Below, one piece after another: positions 51,440 through 63,912 of a DNA stretch of 64,000 bases; the stretch's first letter is position 1; each line of letters starts with the position of its first letter. Origin of the DNA: Haliotis rubra (lineage: Eukaryota). The notes beneath the pieces were generated by a model that did no database searches, was not told where the DNA came from, and saw only the letters and a program-made list of their open reading frames with translations. Position numbers and translations under genes: made by a program. Where the stretch lies: positions 1-64,000 of the forward strand of contig NW_025767034.1 of NCBI RefSeq assembly GCF_003918875.1, written 5' to 3'.

Positions 51440-51858
51440 CTAAAATTCATAAAATCAATTATATCACTCTATATGATTAACAAAACATCAACTGAGTTGT
51501 GATTGCATAGTTACCCAAACATTCTTATTTGTTACCCAATATTTGTGATATGTATCATATTAACCTCCCACTAAACCTATGAGTTGCCTCTTACAACAAG
51601 GCACCTGTTGCGGATGGCCTGACTAACTCTAACCAGAAGACACAAAGACTTATTCCACTAATAATGTATTTTTTTTTATTAAAATTGATATTTTATACTT
51701 ATCCTGACTCATGATATCAATCAAATACAGTTTATGACCAAACTTGACTTCTACAAAGTTTATCACCACATTTTACAAACAATCTGTAGGATCAGTATAG
51801 GTCAACATCATCCAGATGTGGTTCTGCAATGTTTCCATCAAAGTGTCACTCATCTTAC

Positions 51859-52025
51859 CTCTCCATATACTTTAAACCTGCAGGTATTCTCGCCCAGCTC
51901 GATGCCAGTGATTCCTTCCACTTTCGAGCCTGCTGGATGTTAGCACCATGTGTTCCAATAGCAAGACCCATCAGGTCGTCTCGTACACTGAACTCCTCCA
52001 TGAACCCTGACCGGATCTTGGTACT
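51859..52025 (-). CDS. FMR1: FMR1/FXR exon, KH1 domain (apparent 1-nt deletion near 51922)
   Basis: cctcag / gtaaga; [35 protein letters not shown] then, after a one-base frame correction, [21 protein letters not shown]; GTHG KH loop; 167 nt where 168 is needed. Confidence 0.95.
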
Positions 52026-52768
52026 CTGAGGGAATGAAGTCTATTGAACATTTCCTTCACATTTTTGCTATCAGATCCCTGATGATCAAATACATACAAA
52101 CAGTATAACTGATATGGGACTTTAACATGTCCTTAGTCTATGCAACGAATAACAGTGTACTTGACAAACGACATTATTTAGTTCCATGTCCTTCAATGGA
52201 TATGTGGATGCTGTTGTGCAGAACAATCAACTGAACTGCAACCAAAACAAAAACATCTCCTTGAACACTACAAGCAATATCTTAAAGGTAAATGTCTTCA
52301 GGTATTATGATTATATTGTAGTTGTTGTTAAACGCCACACTCTATCTATGCGAGTGAGTGAGTTTAGTTTTATGCTGCACTCAGCAATATTCCAGCTATA
52401 TGGCGGTGGTCTGTAAATAATGGATGCTGGACTAGACAATCCAGTGATCAACAGCATGAGCATCGATCTGTGCAATTGGGAACCGATGACATGTGTCAAC
52501 CAAGTCACTGAGCCTGACAACCCGATCACGTCGCCTCTTACGACAAGCATGGGTTACTGAAGATTAATAGTCTAACCTGGACCTTCACGGGTGATCTGTC
52601 CATGCAGTCAGTATGTGTCATGCACAAAAGAGGCACAACTGCTACACACTGTATTCTCTCAAACACATGTCAAGTACGTCACTCAGATCAGAGATATGAT
52701 CCAGTCTCTCATCACCACTGATGTATCTTTAACTGCTATTGATGAAGGAGGTTTTAGAATTGGTCTTC

Positions 52769-53712
52769 AACAAGCATTGTCACTTAGGTAACATAATCCC
52801 CCGCCGCAAATTATCATATAAAACTTAAAAAGTAATGAAAGTTTAAGATGAAGCTAAATGTCAACAAAAACATGAAAAGATCAATCTCTCTTGATATCTT
52901 CTCTTTAGTTGTTCAAACACACAAATATTTTCAAGACTGACTTTGACCTTGACATGAATGCCATAGTGTATGAAATATGCAAAAATGGTACTAAAGAAAT
53001 TGCTTATTGAAAAACATTCAAGGGAAGTCTTGAAAGTCTAAGAAGAAAATCCAGTGAATTCAGGTTAACATGCTGAAATCTTCAAAGTGTCGCAAATTAT
53101 GTGAAGGTCACCAAAACTGACTGGGCCCTGCGCCTTCATTATATGAAGCTTGGTGTCAATATGAAAAAAAATCCAGTGAATGTTTTTGGCGATATCTTGC
53201 TGACTATCTTAACATGCAATTTAACATGCTGCTATCATTAAAGTGTCGCTGTGACTTTGAAAATTAAGCAAAGGTAACCAAACTCGACTGGTGCCCTGCG
53301 CCTTCCCTAGATAAAGCTTGGTGTTAAATATGAAGAAATCCAGTGGACGGTTCTTAGGATAGCTTAACATGCAGGTTAACATGCTGAAATCTTCAAAGTG
53401 TCGCCATGACCTTGAAAATTACATGAAGGTCACCAAAATTGACTGGGCCCTGCGCCTTCCCTAGATAAAGCTTGGTATTGAATATGAAGAAAATCTATTC
53501 AGCAGTTCTTGAGATATCTTGCTGACAAGAGTAAAACGTTAAAGTCCCCTTGTGACCTTGAAATGAAGGTCAAGGTCACCAAACCTGACTGGGACCTTTC
53601 TCATACTGTGATGAACCTAGGTACCAAATATGAAAAGAGTCTAGCCAACGGTTCTTAAGATATTCCAATTCGTACGTACGTACTTCACGCTAAACATGCG
53701 AGGGGGGATAAT
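52769..53712 (+). mobile_element. Helentron-associated (HINE/pearl-like) non-autonomous element
   Basis: aacaag start; ataatcccccgc / gcgaggggggataat inverted motifs; internal tandem repeats with tgaccttg..aaggtca; (CGTA)n near the 3' end. Confidence 0.62.
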
Positions 53713-53961
53713 AACAGCTTGTCGTAAGAGGTGACTAACAGGATCGGGTGGTCAGGGTTGCTGACTTGGTTGACACATGTCATCGTATCCCAATTGTGTC
53801 GATCGATGCTCATGCTGTTGATCACTGGATTGTTTGGTCAAGACTCAATAATTTACAGACAGCCGCCATATAGCTGGAATATTGCTGAGTGCGGCGAAAA
53901 ACAAATACCAAGTCAGCCAACCAAGATGACACAGCAAACATTTTGTAAATTTATTAATCAC

Positions 53962-54078
53962 CTGTAATTTTTTCACCGCTTCTTCCGTCCTCTGTTTTAA
54001 TAATACTTTCTGGCGTAGATTTCTGATGAACATGTCCCCAATGATGGAAGCCTTCTTAATTACTTGTTCACTTGTGGA
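53962..54078 (-). CDS. FMR1: FMR1/FXR exon (KH0 end, helical linker), 117 nt
   Basis: tttccag / gtgatt; STSEQVIKKASIIGDMFIRNLRQKVLLKQRTEEAVKKLQ resembles FMRP [25 protein letters not shown]. Confidence 0.93.
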
Positions 54079-55520
54079 CTGGAAACATAAAACAATATAT
54101 TATTTTCATCATGAGACAAACAAACCTCCCATACTTCAAAATCTCTTATATCAGACAGACGAGTGAATGAACTTCTGCAGGGAACAACACATAACAGTTC
54201 CTCTTATTATTTTCTTGGAGAATACATGTACAGGTAAAAACAGGTACATGAAGTTCTTTCACATCTTCACTTATCATTCAAACATCACTGGTCATGTTCC
54301 GAGAATGTGTTAGATCTAAGTGATCTGCTATTCTGTAGGCGAGTTTGGTTTTACGCCGCTTTCAGCAATATTCCAGCAATATCACGGTCGGGGACATCAG
54401 AAATGGGCTTCACACATGTTAACCATGTGGGGAATCGAACCCAGGCCTTCGACGTGACGAGCGAACACTTTAACCAATAGGCTACCCCACTGACCTCAAT
54501 CTGTAGGAAAGTTGTATTAAAACTAAAACGACACATCACCAAAAACCCAGCTTCACCATTGCAGCATGCTGATTATCAAGTCTGGGCCAAGCAGTGAAGT
54601 TGATAATGTGAACAATGTCCAAACAACCATGTTCTTGAGCCTGATACTGGTTCCGACAACAAATAATACAAATTTAATGCAAATTTAACTTTATATCGGC
54701 TCCGCTTACGCGTCGCCGATATAACTAAATTTGCGGCTATATAACCACCGGTATACGTCCCCAATTCATCAAACACAGTATAGTTATCCCCATTCTAATT
54801 CAACTCGTTTTACGCTGTTTTTTCGTGAAAGAAATTCATTATTTAAACCAGGTCAAAGTTCCTCTAGGTCAAAGATTAATCATATCACTCCTTCAACTTA
54901 CACCATCGCCAGAGAAAGTAGTTCCCTTTTCAAACTACACACGTTTATTATGTGCACACAGACTAAATTTGACAATGATGAATAGATCAAAGTATTATAG
55001 ATAAAATGGACGGTATTATGATGAAACCGCCTCTAGTTACAGAAATGAGCTGCCCGCTGATTCCTCAACTACGGGCCATTATCAGTTCTGTTGTCAAATG
55101 ACGCCATAGCAGGTGATGTCACGCCCATAATGACGCCATAAACCTTGTTTCATGATCTAACAGTGTTGGGTCAACAGCCCATTATGCAGTAAGTTGTTTG
55201 AACCTAAAATTAAATTTATGATACTGTTTTGTCTTTTTTAACACAAATTCCACCCATTTTAGCTGGATAGGGGAGTTAATTGACCAATGGCTTCTGCAAA
55301 TGATAATGTCCTGCGAAACAGCATTACCCGAATAGTGTAGGGATACATTCAAAGGTTTCGGTGAATCGGTTTTCAAATTGCGACCGTATATGCTGATTAT
55401 ACGGTCGGAAATTTATAGCATTGACCAATCAGAACTCGTGTTACATACTCAGTTGAATTAGAATACTGGATATATATCGCTGAGGTATGGGATAAACGTT
55501 TGGTTTGTTTGTAACACCTT

Positions 55521-56169
55521 AAGAGAGTTATCGGTAGGGTAATAACTAATAACTTACCAGTATGACAAGAGAGTTATTGGTAGGGTTATAACTAATAACT
55601 TACCAGTATGACAAGAGAGTTATCGGTAGGGTAATAACTAATAACTTACCAGTATGACAAGAGAGTTATTGGTAGGGTTATAACTAATAACTTACCAGTA
55701 TGACAAGAGAGTTATCGGTAGGGTTATAACTAATAACTTACCAGTATGACAAGAGAGTTATCGGTAGGGTTATAACTAATAACTTACCAGTATGACAAGA
55801 GAGTTATCGGTAGGGTTATAACTAATAACTTACCAGTATGACAAGAGAGTTATCGGTAGGGTTATAACTAATAACTTACCAGTATGACAAGGGTTATAAC
55901 TAATAACTTACCAGTATGACAAGAGAGTTATCGGTAGGGTTATAACTAATAACTTACCAGTATGACAAGAGAGTTATCGGTAGGGTTATAACTAATAACT
56001 TACCAGTATGACAAGAGTGTTATCGGTAGGGTTATAACTAATAACTTACCAGTATGACAAGAGAGTTATCGGTAGGGTTATAACTAATAACTTACCAGTA
56101 TGACAAGGGTTATAAGTAATAACTTACCAGTATGACAAGAGAGTTATCGGTAGGGTTATAACTAATAAC
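55521..56169. repeat. 46-bp minisatellite (about 14 units, two shortened to 32 bp) overlapping the FMR1 exon 3' end and splice donor
   Basis: Unit aagagagttatcggtagggttataactaataacttaccagtatgac; acttaccag occurs 14 times from 55552 to 56122. Confidence 0.97.
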
Positions 56170-56221
56170 AGCCGCACCACAATGTTTTTTGAAGTCTGTG
56201 TGAGTTTCTTCCTCTTGGCAT
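56128..56221 (-). CDS. FMR1: FMR1/FXR exon (KH0), 94 nt
   Basis: tttcag / gtaagt; CQEEETHTDFKKHCGAAVISYNPTDNSLVIL resembles FMRP [31 protein letters not shown]. Confidence 0.92.
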
Positions 56222-56724
56222 CTGAAACAAAATCATTCTTCTGTAGAACAAATTGAAAAGATATCGTTTTGGTCATGAACAACACCAAAACAACAAAATG
56301 AAAAGGCAGTGGAACTTGTCTGATCATCATCCAAGGGTTAAAACAAGTCAGCTCACAGCAGAAGCTGTTGATGGTAATGCAAGAGGTTTCAGTGATTGAA
56401 CGATATTTTATGTCACTGCTGGCACGAGTTCAGACATATCAGTGGACAGTCCATTAATTATTAAGTATGGGCCTGAAGTATGGGCATGCCATTGACAGGA
56501 CACACAAGTCCATCGCCCTATTCTAATCTGAGTCCACAGGTGGCATCAAATAATAACTTTCAATGGCCTATTGTAACATTTTGTTTCAGAACTCGCCAGC
56601 TCATCAGTTATAATCAATGTCTTTGAATATAAATTTTTTGGTCCCTGTAGCCACATTCGGCTATATCATTGTATTAAGGGTTTCTTCACTTAGGAACTGA
56701 TGCTGCAAATGTGATTACACTTAC

Positions 56725-56790
56725 GCTTCTTTCAGGTCAGGAGGCACTTCCAGTATATATTTGAAGAAACTACTGCTACTGATTGTAGGG
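56725..56790 (-). CDS. FMR1: FMR1/FXR exon (Agenet-KH0 linker)
   Basis: tttacag / gtaagt boundaries; PTISSSSFFKYILEVPPDLKEA resembles FMRP TFHKIKLDVPEDLRQM; phase agrees with both neighbours. Confidence 0.88.
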
Positions 56791-57305
56791 CTGTAAAGGA
56801 AGGGCAATAATCAGTATACTGTCATTCAGAAGATGGTAAATACATACACAGAATAACAGTAATACTGAAAGCAATAAAAAAGCTTCAAGGATTTCAAAAA
56901 CTTGATGGATTTCATAAAGGCATCACTAGACAGCTGTCCATTACACCTACAGGATATAAGCTTTCTAACATATTGGTTCATGAACAAATAGGTTCATGAA
57001 CAAATACAAAACCGGTTTGGAGTCACTAAGAAAATAATTATGACTACAGTTAATGAGCATGCTTGAGTTGGGTTGAATATTTCAGTCATGACATGGCCTA
57101 TCATCTGAAAGCTGGAAAAAAGCAACAAGCTTGGTGCTTAAAAATCAAGGATCATAACTATTAGCAGCACTAGACAGCATATTTCAGCACCTTACATAAC
57201 CATGCTGCATTAGCCCCAATATTTTACATATCCCGCCTAAATGCCCCCAAAATGAAGGCCTATGCACACTAAACTGCTGAGGTCAATATTGGTGTAACTA
57301 CGTAC

Positions 57306-57457
57306 TTTGCATTGCCTGATCGTAACTTGTCGAGAGCTATGATGTCTGTGTAGTTGTCCTGGCCCACATACTCCACTACAGCAAACTCCCCTTTCAACAT
57401 CTTGATCCTGGATGGCCACCATGCGAACACTTCGTCATTCTGGGACTTGGTGAACAC
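57306..57457 (-). CDS. FMR1: FMR1/FXR-family exon, second Agenet/Tudor domain (most 5' exon found; upstream exons not identified in window)
   Basis: ttttgcag acceptor and gtacgt donor; translates VFTKSQNDEVFAWWPSRIKMLKGEFAVVEYVGQDNYTDIIALDKLRSGNA, matching the FMRP Agenet-2 motif (WW.AKVRMIKGEFYVIEY). Confidence 0.93.
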
Positions 57458-57494
57458 CTGCAAAACAAAACAACATATAATATAGGTAAGACAG

Positions 57495-59275
57495 GGACTT
57501 TTGTTTGTTACAACAGGATCAATACTCCAGTGACATCACATTAGTCTCTGGGTAACCAAGCACGGACCAGACAAACCACTGAGCGAATGTTGTTTTGTAC
57601 CACAGTCAGCAATACTCCAATGATATCACATCAGTCTCTGGGTAACCAAGTGTGGACCAGACAAACCAGTGATTGAAAACAGGCAATCCAGTGAGCGAAT
57701 GTTGTTTTGTACCACAGTCAGCAATATTCCAATGATATCACATCAGTCTCTGGTAACCAAGTGTGGACCAGACAAACCAGTGATTGAAAACAGGCAATCC
57801 AGTGATTCTAATGTTGTTTTGTACCACAGTCACAATATTCCAATGATATCACATCAGTCTCTGGGGTAACCAAATGTGGACCAGACAAACCAGTGATTGA
57901 AAAACAGACAATCCAGTGAGCTTAATGTTGTTTTGTACCACAGTCAGCAATATTCCAATGATATCACATCAGTCTCTGGGTAACCAAGTGTGGACCAGAC
58001 AAACCAGTGACTGAAAACAGACAATCCAGTGAGCGAATGTTGTTTTGTACCACAGTCAGCAATATTCCAATGATATCACATCAGTCTCTGGGTAACCAAA
58101 GTGTGGACCAGACAAACCAGTGATTGAAAACAGACAATCCAGTGAGCGAATGTTGTTTTGTACCACAGTCAGCAATATTCCAATGATATCACATCAGTCT
58201 CTGGGTAACCAAGTGTGGACCAGACAAACCAGTGATTGAAAACAGGCAATCCAGTGAGCGAATGTTGTTTTGTACCACAGTCAGCAATATTCCAATGATA
58301 TCACATCAGTCTCTGGGTAACCAAGTGTGGACCAGACAAACCAGTGATTGAAAACAGGCAATCCAGTGAGCGAATGTTGTTTTGTACCACAGTCAGCAAT
58401 ATTCAATGATATCCACATCAGTCTCTAATCAACCAAGTGTGGACAGACAAACCAGTGATTGAAAACAGGCAATCCAGTGTGTGTTTTGTACCACAGTCAG
58501 CAATACTCAATGAAACATCAGTGACTGAAAACAGTGATTGAAAACAGGCAATCCAGAATGTTGCTTTGTACCACAGTCAGCAATACTCCAATGATATCAC
58601 ATCAGTCTCTGGGTAACCAAGTGTGGACCAGACAAACCAGTGATTGAAAACAGGCAATCCAGTGAGCGAATGTTGTTTTGTACCACAGTCAGCAATATTC
58701 CAATGATATCACATCAGTCTCTGGGTAACCAAGTGTGGACCAGACAAACCAGTGACTGAAAACAGACAATCCAGTGGCGAATGTTGTTTTGTACCACAGT
58801 CAGCAATATTCAATGATTCACATCAGTGATAACCAAGTGTGGACCAGACAAACCAGTGACTGAAAACAGACAATCCAGTGAGCTTAATATTGTTTTGTAC
58901 CACAGTCAGCAATATTCCAATGATATCACATCAGTCTCTGGGTAATCAGAGTGTGGACCAGACAAACCAGTGATTGAAAACAGGCAATCCAGTGAGCGAA
59001 TGTTGTTTTGTACCACAGTCAGCAATATTTCAATGATATCACATCAGTCTCTGGGTAACCAAGTGTGGACCAGACAAACCAGTGATTGAAAACAGGCAAT
59101 CCAGTGAGCGAATGTTGTTTTGTACCACAGTCAGCAATATTCCAATGATATCACATCAGTCTCTGGGTAACCAAGTGTGGACCAGACAAACCAGTGATTG
59201 AAAACAGGCAATCCAGTGAGCGTATGTTGTTTTGTGCCACAGTCAGCAATACTCCAATGATATCACATCTGTCTG
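57495..59275. repeat. About 112-bp tandem satellite (roughly 15 units) derived from SINE family B sequence
   Basis: gagcgaatgttgttttgtaccacagtcagcaatattcc recurs at 58031, 58144, 58256 and 58368; contains cagcaatattcca and ggaccagacaa..ccagtga SINE motifs. Confidence 0.95.
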
Positions 59276-60389
59276 TAGATAGCTTAGGCTGCACCAGGAA
59301 AACCAGCAACTAAAACCATGAGCAACAATCCAGGCCATCAGGCCCCGCTGACATAGGAACACAATAACATAATAATTATCAACGAATCACCTGACATCAA
59401 GATGCAAATTTACCTATATCAGTACCAGGAAGTGTTTGTTCAAGACCTATTCTAACATGGAACCCCACTGGTCAAGTGTGAGGGATCAAGGCATTCCTGT
59501 TGAAGCTGGATTCTGATGGCAAATGCAGCCAACATATGTTTACTGACCTCTTGTTAATGCTCTGAACCACAATCAATAGATAACACAATTTCAATCAACT
59601 ACTTGTGACATGTTGAAGTAGGCTGACCTAGTTTAGATTTCACTGCCATTATTTTGAACATTTTGAATATGTACTGTTCTTAACATCAGACAGATTCCTG
59701 TTTCATGTATTGGGTTGGGGGTTTTCCCCTGTCTTTTGTATATTGCCCCACTCAGCAATAAAACATTGAGCCTGGACCAGACAATCCAATGACTGATGTC
59801 ACGAGCATCAATATATGCAATTGGGATTAATGACATGTGTCAACCGAGTGAGCAATCCAATCCCATAAGTTGACTTTCATGATGAGCATGGGTTGGTGAA
59901 GACCAATGCTAATCTGTATCTTGATTGGTCTGGAATATATGGAGGAAATTTCATACTAAGAGAAGTTAATTTGATTACTGTGTGATCACATTAGATCCAA
60001 ATATGAATGAGGAAATTAAATTAAGGCATCTGATCATTTCAGTCAATCTGGTGAAATCTCCACCTCATTTCCTTTTGGAAAATGTACACTGAAAATTTCA
60101 GTCATTATGCGAAATGACATAAGTGAATCAGTATAAAAGACATTCACTGTGACATATACATTCTGCCAAGAAACTTGTATCCAGCTTACTTAGGAATTCG
60201 TTACCTTTTTAAGTCCATATCTAACAGGAAATATACACTTGTGAACGTTCACTGAGTAAGACATGGGTGTGATGAAACACAGTAAGGGAATTATACTTAA
60301 GATTACATAGTATAGACGTGTCACAAACAAGGAGTGTTTACTTAGTTGCATGTACACAACTTACAGTCTGACACAAAGGTCAAATTACA

Positions 60390-60950
60390 AAATGGATAAT
60401 AATAATATTGGAACTCTAACACTGAAGCCCTAATACAAAAAGTGTCAACAACGTCTTCATCTCATGCGTAAACTGAGATGTTAAAAAGGTTAACCCATCT
60501 GTGATGTCATCTTTTTATGCAGCATTTATACAGAGTATTGTATCGTTTTCCTTCCATTGTTGGTAAGGGTCTCTCTCAGTTCATCTCAAATCTAAAATAC
60601 ACAAAATTGTTAACACTGCAAGTAAAATCGCTGGAGTCAGATTTGAATGTTTATCATCAATATATGAGCGGCAAATCGTGAATCAAGCTGTCAAAATTAT
60701 ATCTGACCGTACTCACTACTTAACTTCGGAATACAACCTCCTCCCTTCAGGCCGCCGCTACAAAGTTCCAATTGTGAAAACTAAGAGAGCCTGTACATCC
60801 TTTATTCCAAGTACCATATCTCTCTTAAACAAATGTGAAGATACCTAAATCAATGAATTTATGTAAATATGTTTTCTATCTCTCTAATGTGTCAGTAGCT
60901 CTGCTGATTCCTGAAATGGCATTAAAGTATTATTCTATTCTATTCTATTC
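60390..60950 (+). mobile_element. Rex1/Babar-like LINE 3' fragment
   Basis: KKCQQRLHLMRKL, FYAAFIQSI and LLPSGRRYKVPIVKTKRACTSFIPSTISLLN; (TATTC)n tail. Confidence 0.8.
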
Positions 60951-63912
60951 AGTGAGTGAGTGACTTTAGTTTTATGCAGTTTTTAGCAATATTCCAGCAA
61001 TATCACGGTGGGGGATGCCACTAATGTGGGAAATCGAACCTGTCTCTTCAGCGTGACAAGCAGACGCCTTAACTACAAGGCTGCCCCATTCAGTGATTGA
61101 GTGAGTGAGTGTAGTTTTACAGTGTTTTTAGCAATATTTCAGTGATATCACTGACACCAGAAATGGGCTTCATACAATGTATCCATGTGGTGAATCAATC
61201 CCAGTTCTTCAATGTGACAAGCCAACTCTTAGCCAGCAGGCTGTCCAACCACTCCTCAGTATTCAGTCCGTATTAGCTAAAACTTCTCTTTCAGAAATAT
61301 TTCCATCATACTTTTGTGTTGACATCATACAGAATATCAGCAGCAGCTCATACTTGACTTGACATGTTGCAACAGAATTAGGCGTCTGTTAACCTGTAGC
61401 AGACAGAGAACTATTACCTGTCTTTTACAGAACCTTACAGCTACAATGTTGGCCTATCGGTAAAATTAGAACTGATCAATGTCTTCTGTGTATGACAGCC
61501 AAAAATTGCAACACTTATGTTGGGGAAAAGATGATCAAAAACATAATTGCAGTGTGTGACCTAAATGCTCCATAAGAGCAGACGCCGAGTTTTCTGGAAT
61601 TTGCTTACATAACAGAGAGCCAAAGGTGTCCGACACAAAACAGCCTCAATATCGCAGGAAATATGGTAAAATGGAGCTAAAACACAGCCCACAACAATAC
61701 CGAATTACAGTCGAGGGCCAAAAGCTGAGGCAATCTGGACTTGCAAAATCATTGGAAATTAGGATTGTTTTTCCAAATTTTTTCTAGGGTTTGGGAGGCA
61801 GAATAGATGATGTGCTCCTGTGTGGGTGACTGACGCCTGAACCCTGTAGCCCCACAACATGGGGTCATCTGCCTAAGCTGTAGCTGTGTCAGTGTGGAAA
61901 GCTGGCCGGATGCACTCAATGACACCTGTGAGGCTCCACACTGTGTTCTGTCTGTGTTTCCTCTCATTTACCATGTGTACTCCACATCAACAGTAAGCCC
62001 CAACACGGAGGAACAGACAATAACCATTTACATATGTCAATCTGATTTCCTCACACAGAGTCCACAACTAAATACCCTTCCTCACACAGTCAGATCAATG
62101 TTATCCTGTCATACTTCAAAAGTCCTACTTTGACTTCATGCAAATATTCTAATTCTTGTCACTCAGTATCTTCTATCTATCAATGTTGTCCAATTAATTA
62201 TGACCAGGTCCCAGACAACAGATCCACTAGACAGTCTGATAACCGTTATACTCATAATTCAAGATCTTACTATTAGTAATAATAGTGAGCAGGTGAGTGA
62301 GTGAGTTTAGTTTTACGCCATACTCAGCAATATTCCAGCTTTATGGCGGCGGTCTGTAAATAACTGAGTCAGGACCAGACAATCCAGTGATCAACATCAT
62401 GAGCATCATTCTACGCAATTGGGAGTAATAATACAAGATGTGACATGTGAAAGTTAAAGTAGCATCAAAATAAAAATATGACAAATAATGTACTATGCTA
62501 TCCCAAAGCTACATACTTATTACTTATCACATATCAAATTTCATGATAATGAATACAGAAATGTTTGTGCAATGGATAAAAACAAAATCTCAATCAAGAC
62601 TCAAACAATTCCCTTCATAACTAATCCATCCAAATATTTGTTTATTCATCTAAACTTTACATAATCAGGCTACAGTTTAAGCATCAAAACACAAGCTTTT
62701 GATTTGGCCATTTGTGACCAGAAATAGATTCCACATGTAGGTGTCTTCATAGCCTAGTCTGTCTCACAATCCCTGAACCACATTATTTTCCCTATAAACC
62801 TCCCTGCAGTGCTTAACTCTTTCAACACCAGTCAACCAGAAGCTTTGACTGCCATGACACTGAGTTCCCAGAGAATCTAAGGTCATAGATGAAGCCTATC
62901 TTTATCAAGGAAAATATGAGCTTGTAAAATGTTATTGCTACTACATGAAGCCAGTCAGGATTTGATTTAAACATATTTTTATTCATGAAGATGAATTGGG
63001 ATAGGTGAACAAGCATTACTGCTTTATATTAACACCGCTTCCATGCAACATATAATACAACATGAAAATGGAGGATTTGACGTCATCGATACTGACCATT
63101 GCATAAATATGATATTTTTAGAATGTATAAATATATACAGATTACATGAAATACAACTATTCTCTAAGCAGTCATAAGTTAGAGAGTTACAGTTGTGTGT
63201 GTCTCACAAGCCATTGTAGAACTATAAATCAATCATGAGAAGGTTGTTGAGTAACTTCAATTATTTTCCTGAGAAAATTTAAAGTCAAGATTTCCTCACT
63301 GGGGCTCCTTTTAACCTAAATAGGTTTATTCTTACTATCAAAATTACATATATACTCAGAGACTAAGCATTTAGAAACTACTGTTACTTGTTCTTTGCAA
63401 TTATGTACTTTTGCCTTTTTTGTACATTCAATATACCGACAAAGTGGTCTTCAAGAAAGTCTGTATGAACATGGCTCTGCAGTAGTCACATGGTCTGTAC
63501 ACCATGGACCATTCCTCCTATTTGTTTAGCCTAGGAAACATCTGACCTGTTTCCGTCCATCTTGCTTATCCTCCTGTATCTGTGTTTGATGGAGGCAACA
63601 GCATGTGAGCAGATCACAGGCTGGCTGCAGAGAGGTGGGACGGTGGAAACCCAACTCTGAGGGAGCCTGCTATCATATATCAGTAGATGTCATCGGAAAA
63701 TTGAACTGAACATCTACGTGCTCAAACTCAAAGCTGATGTACACAACGGCGATGTAGTTGATGGATTTTATGGTCTGTCCTTGAGGAATTCTGCTCTCAT
63801 ATTTTTTTATAAATTTCTGGGCCTAAGAAATGGTCACAGTTAAAAACTGTTTTTATATTGTCAGTGAAATAACATGGTCACCTCCACTTCCACTCTTTAG
63901 TTTCAACACTTT

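Larger units (their letters stand above)
43528..61255 (-). mobile_element. Eleven dispersed intronic SINE family A copies, all minus strand (about 43528-43680, 45567-45735, 46127-46295, 46551-46690, 47215-47380, 50171-50325, 50680-50845, 50975-51140, 54340-54495, 60951-61090, 61096-61255)
   Basis: Each reads approximately gagtgagttt..ttttacgcc..tagcaatattccagc..gacaccagaaatgggcttcacac..ggctacccc on +; TSD ccattgtaaaga at the 47.2 kb copy. Confidence 0.88.

Noticed and set aside
55521-56169. CRISPR-like array
   Set aside because: Units are contiguous and near-identical with no unique spacers, the context is eukaryotic, and the unit derives from an exon end.
42834-57457. Calling FMR1 a pseudogene
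   Set aside because: Lesions are mostly homopolymer-type, while splice sites and key residues are intact; assembly error is more parsimonious.
60040-63640. Candidate upstream FMR1 exons (GNEVE-like at about 60060; AG/GT-bounded piece at about 63546-63625)
   Set aside because: No convincing Agenet-1 similarity with matching splice sites; the first exons probably lie beyond the window.
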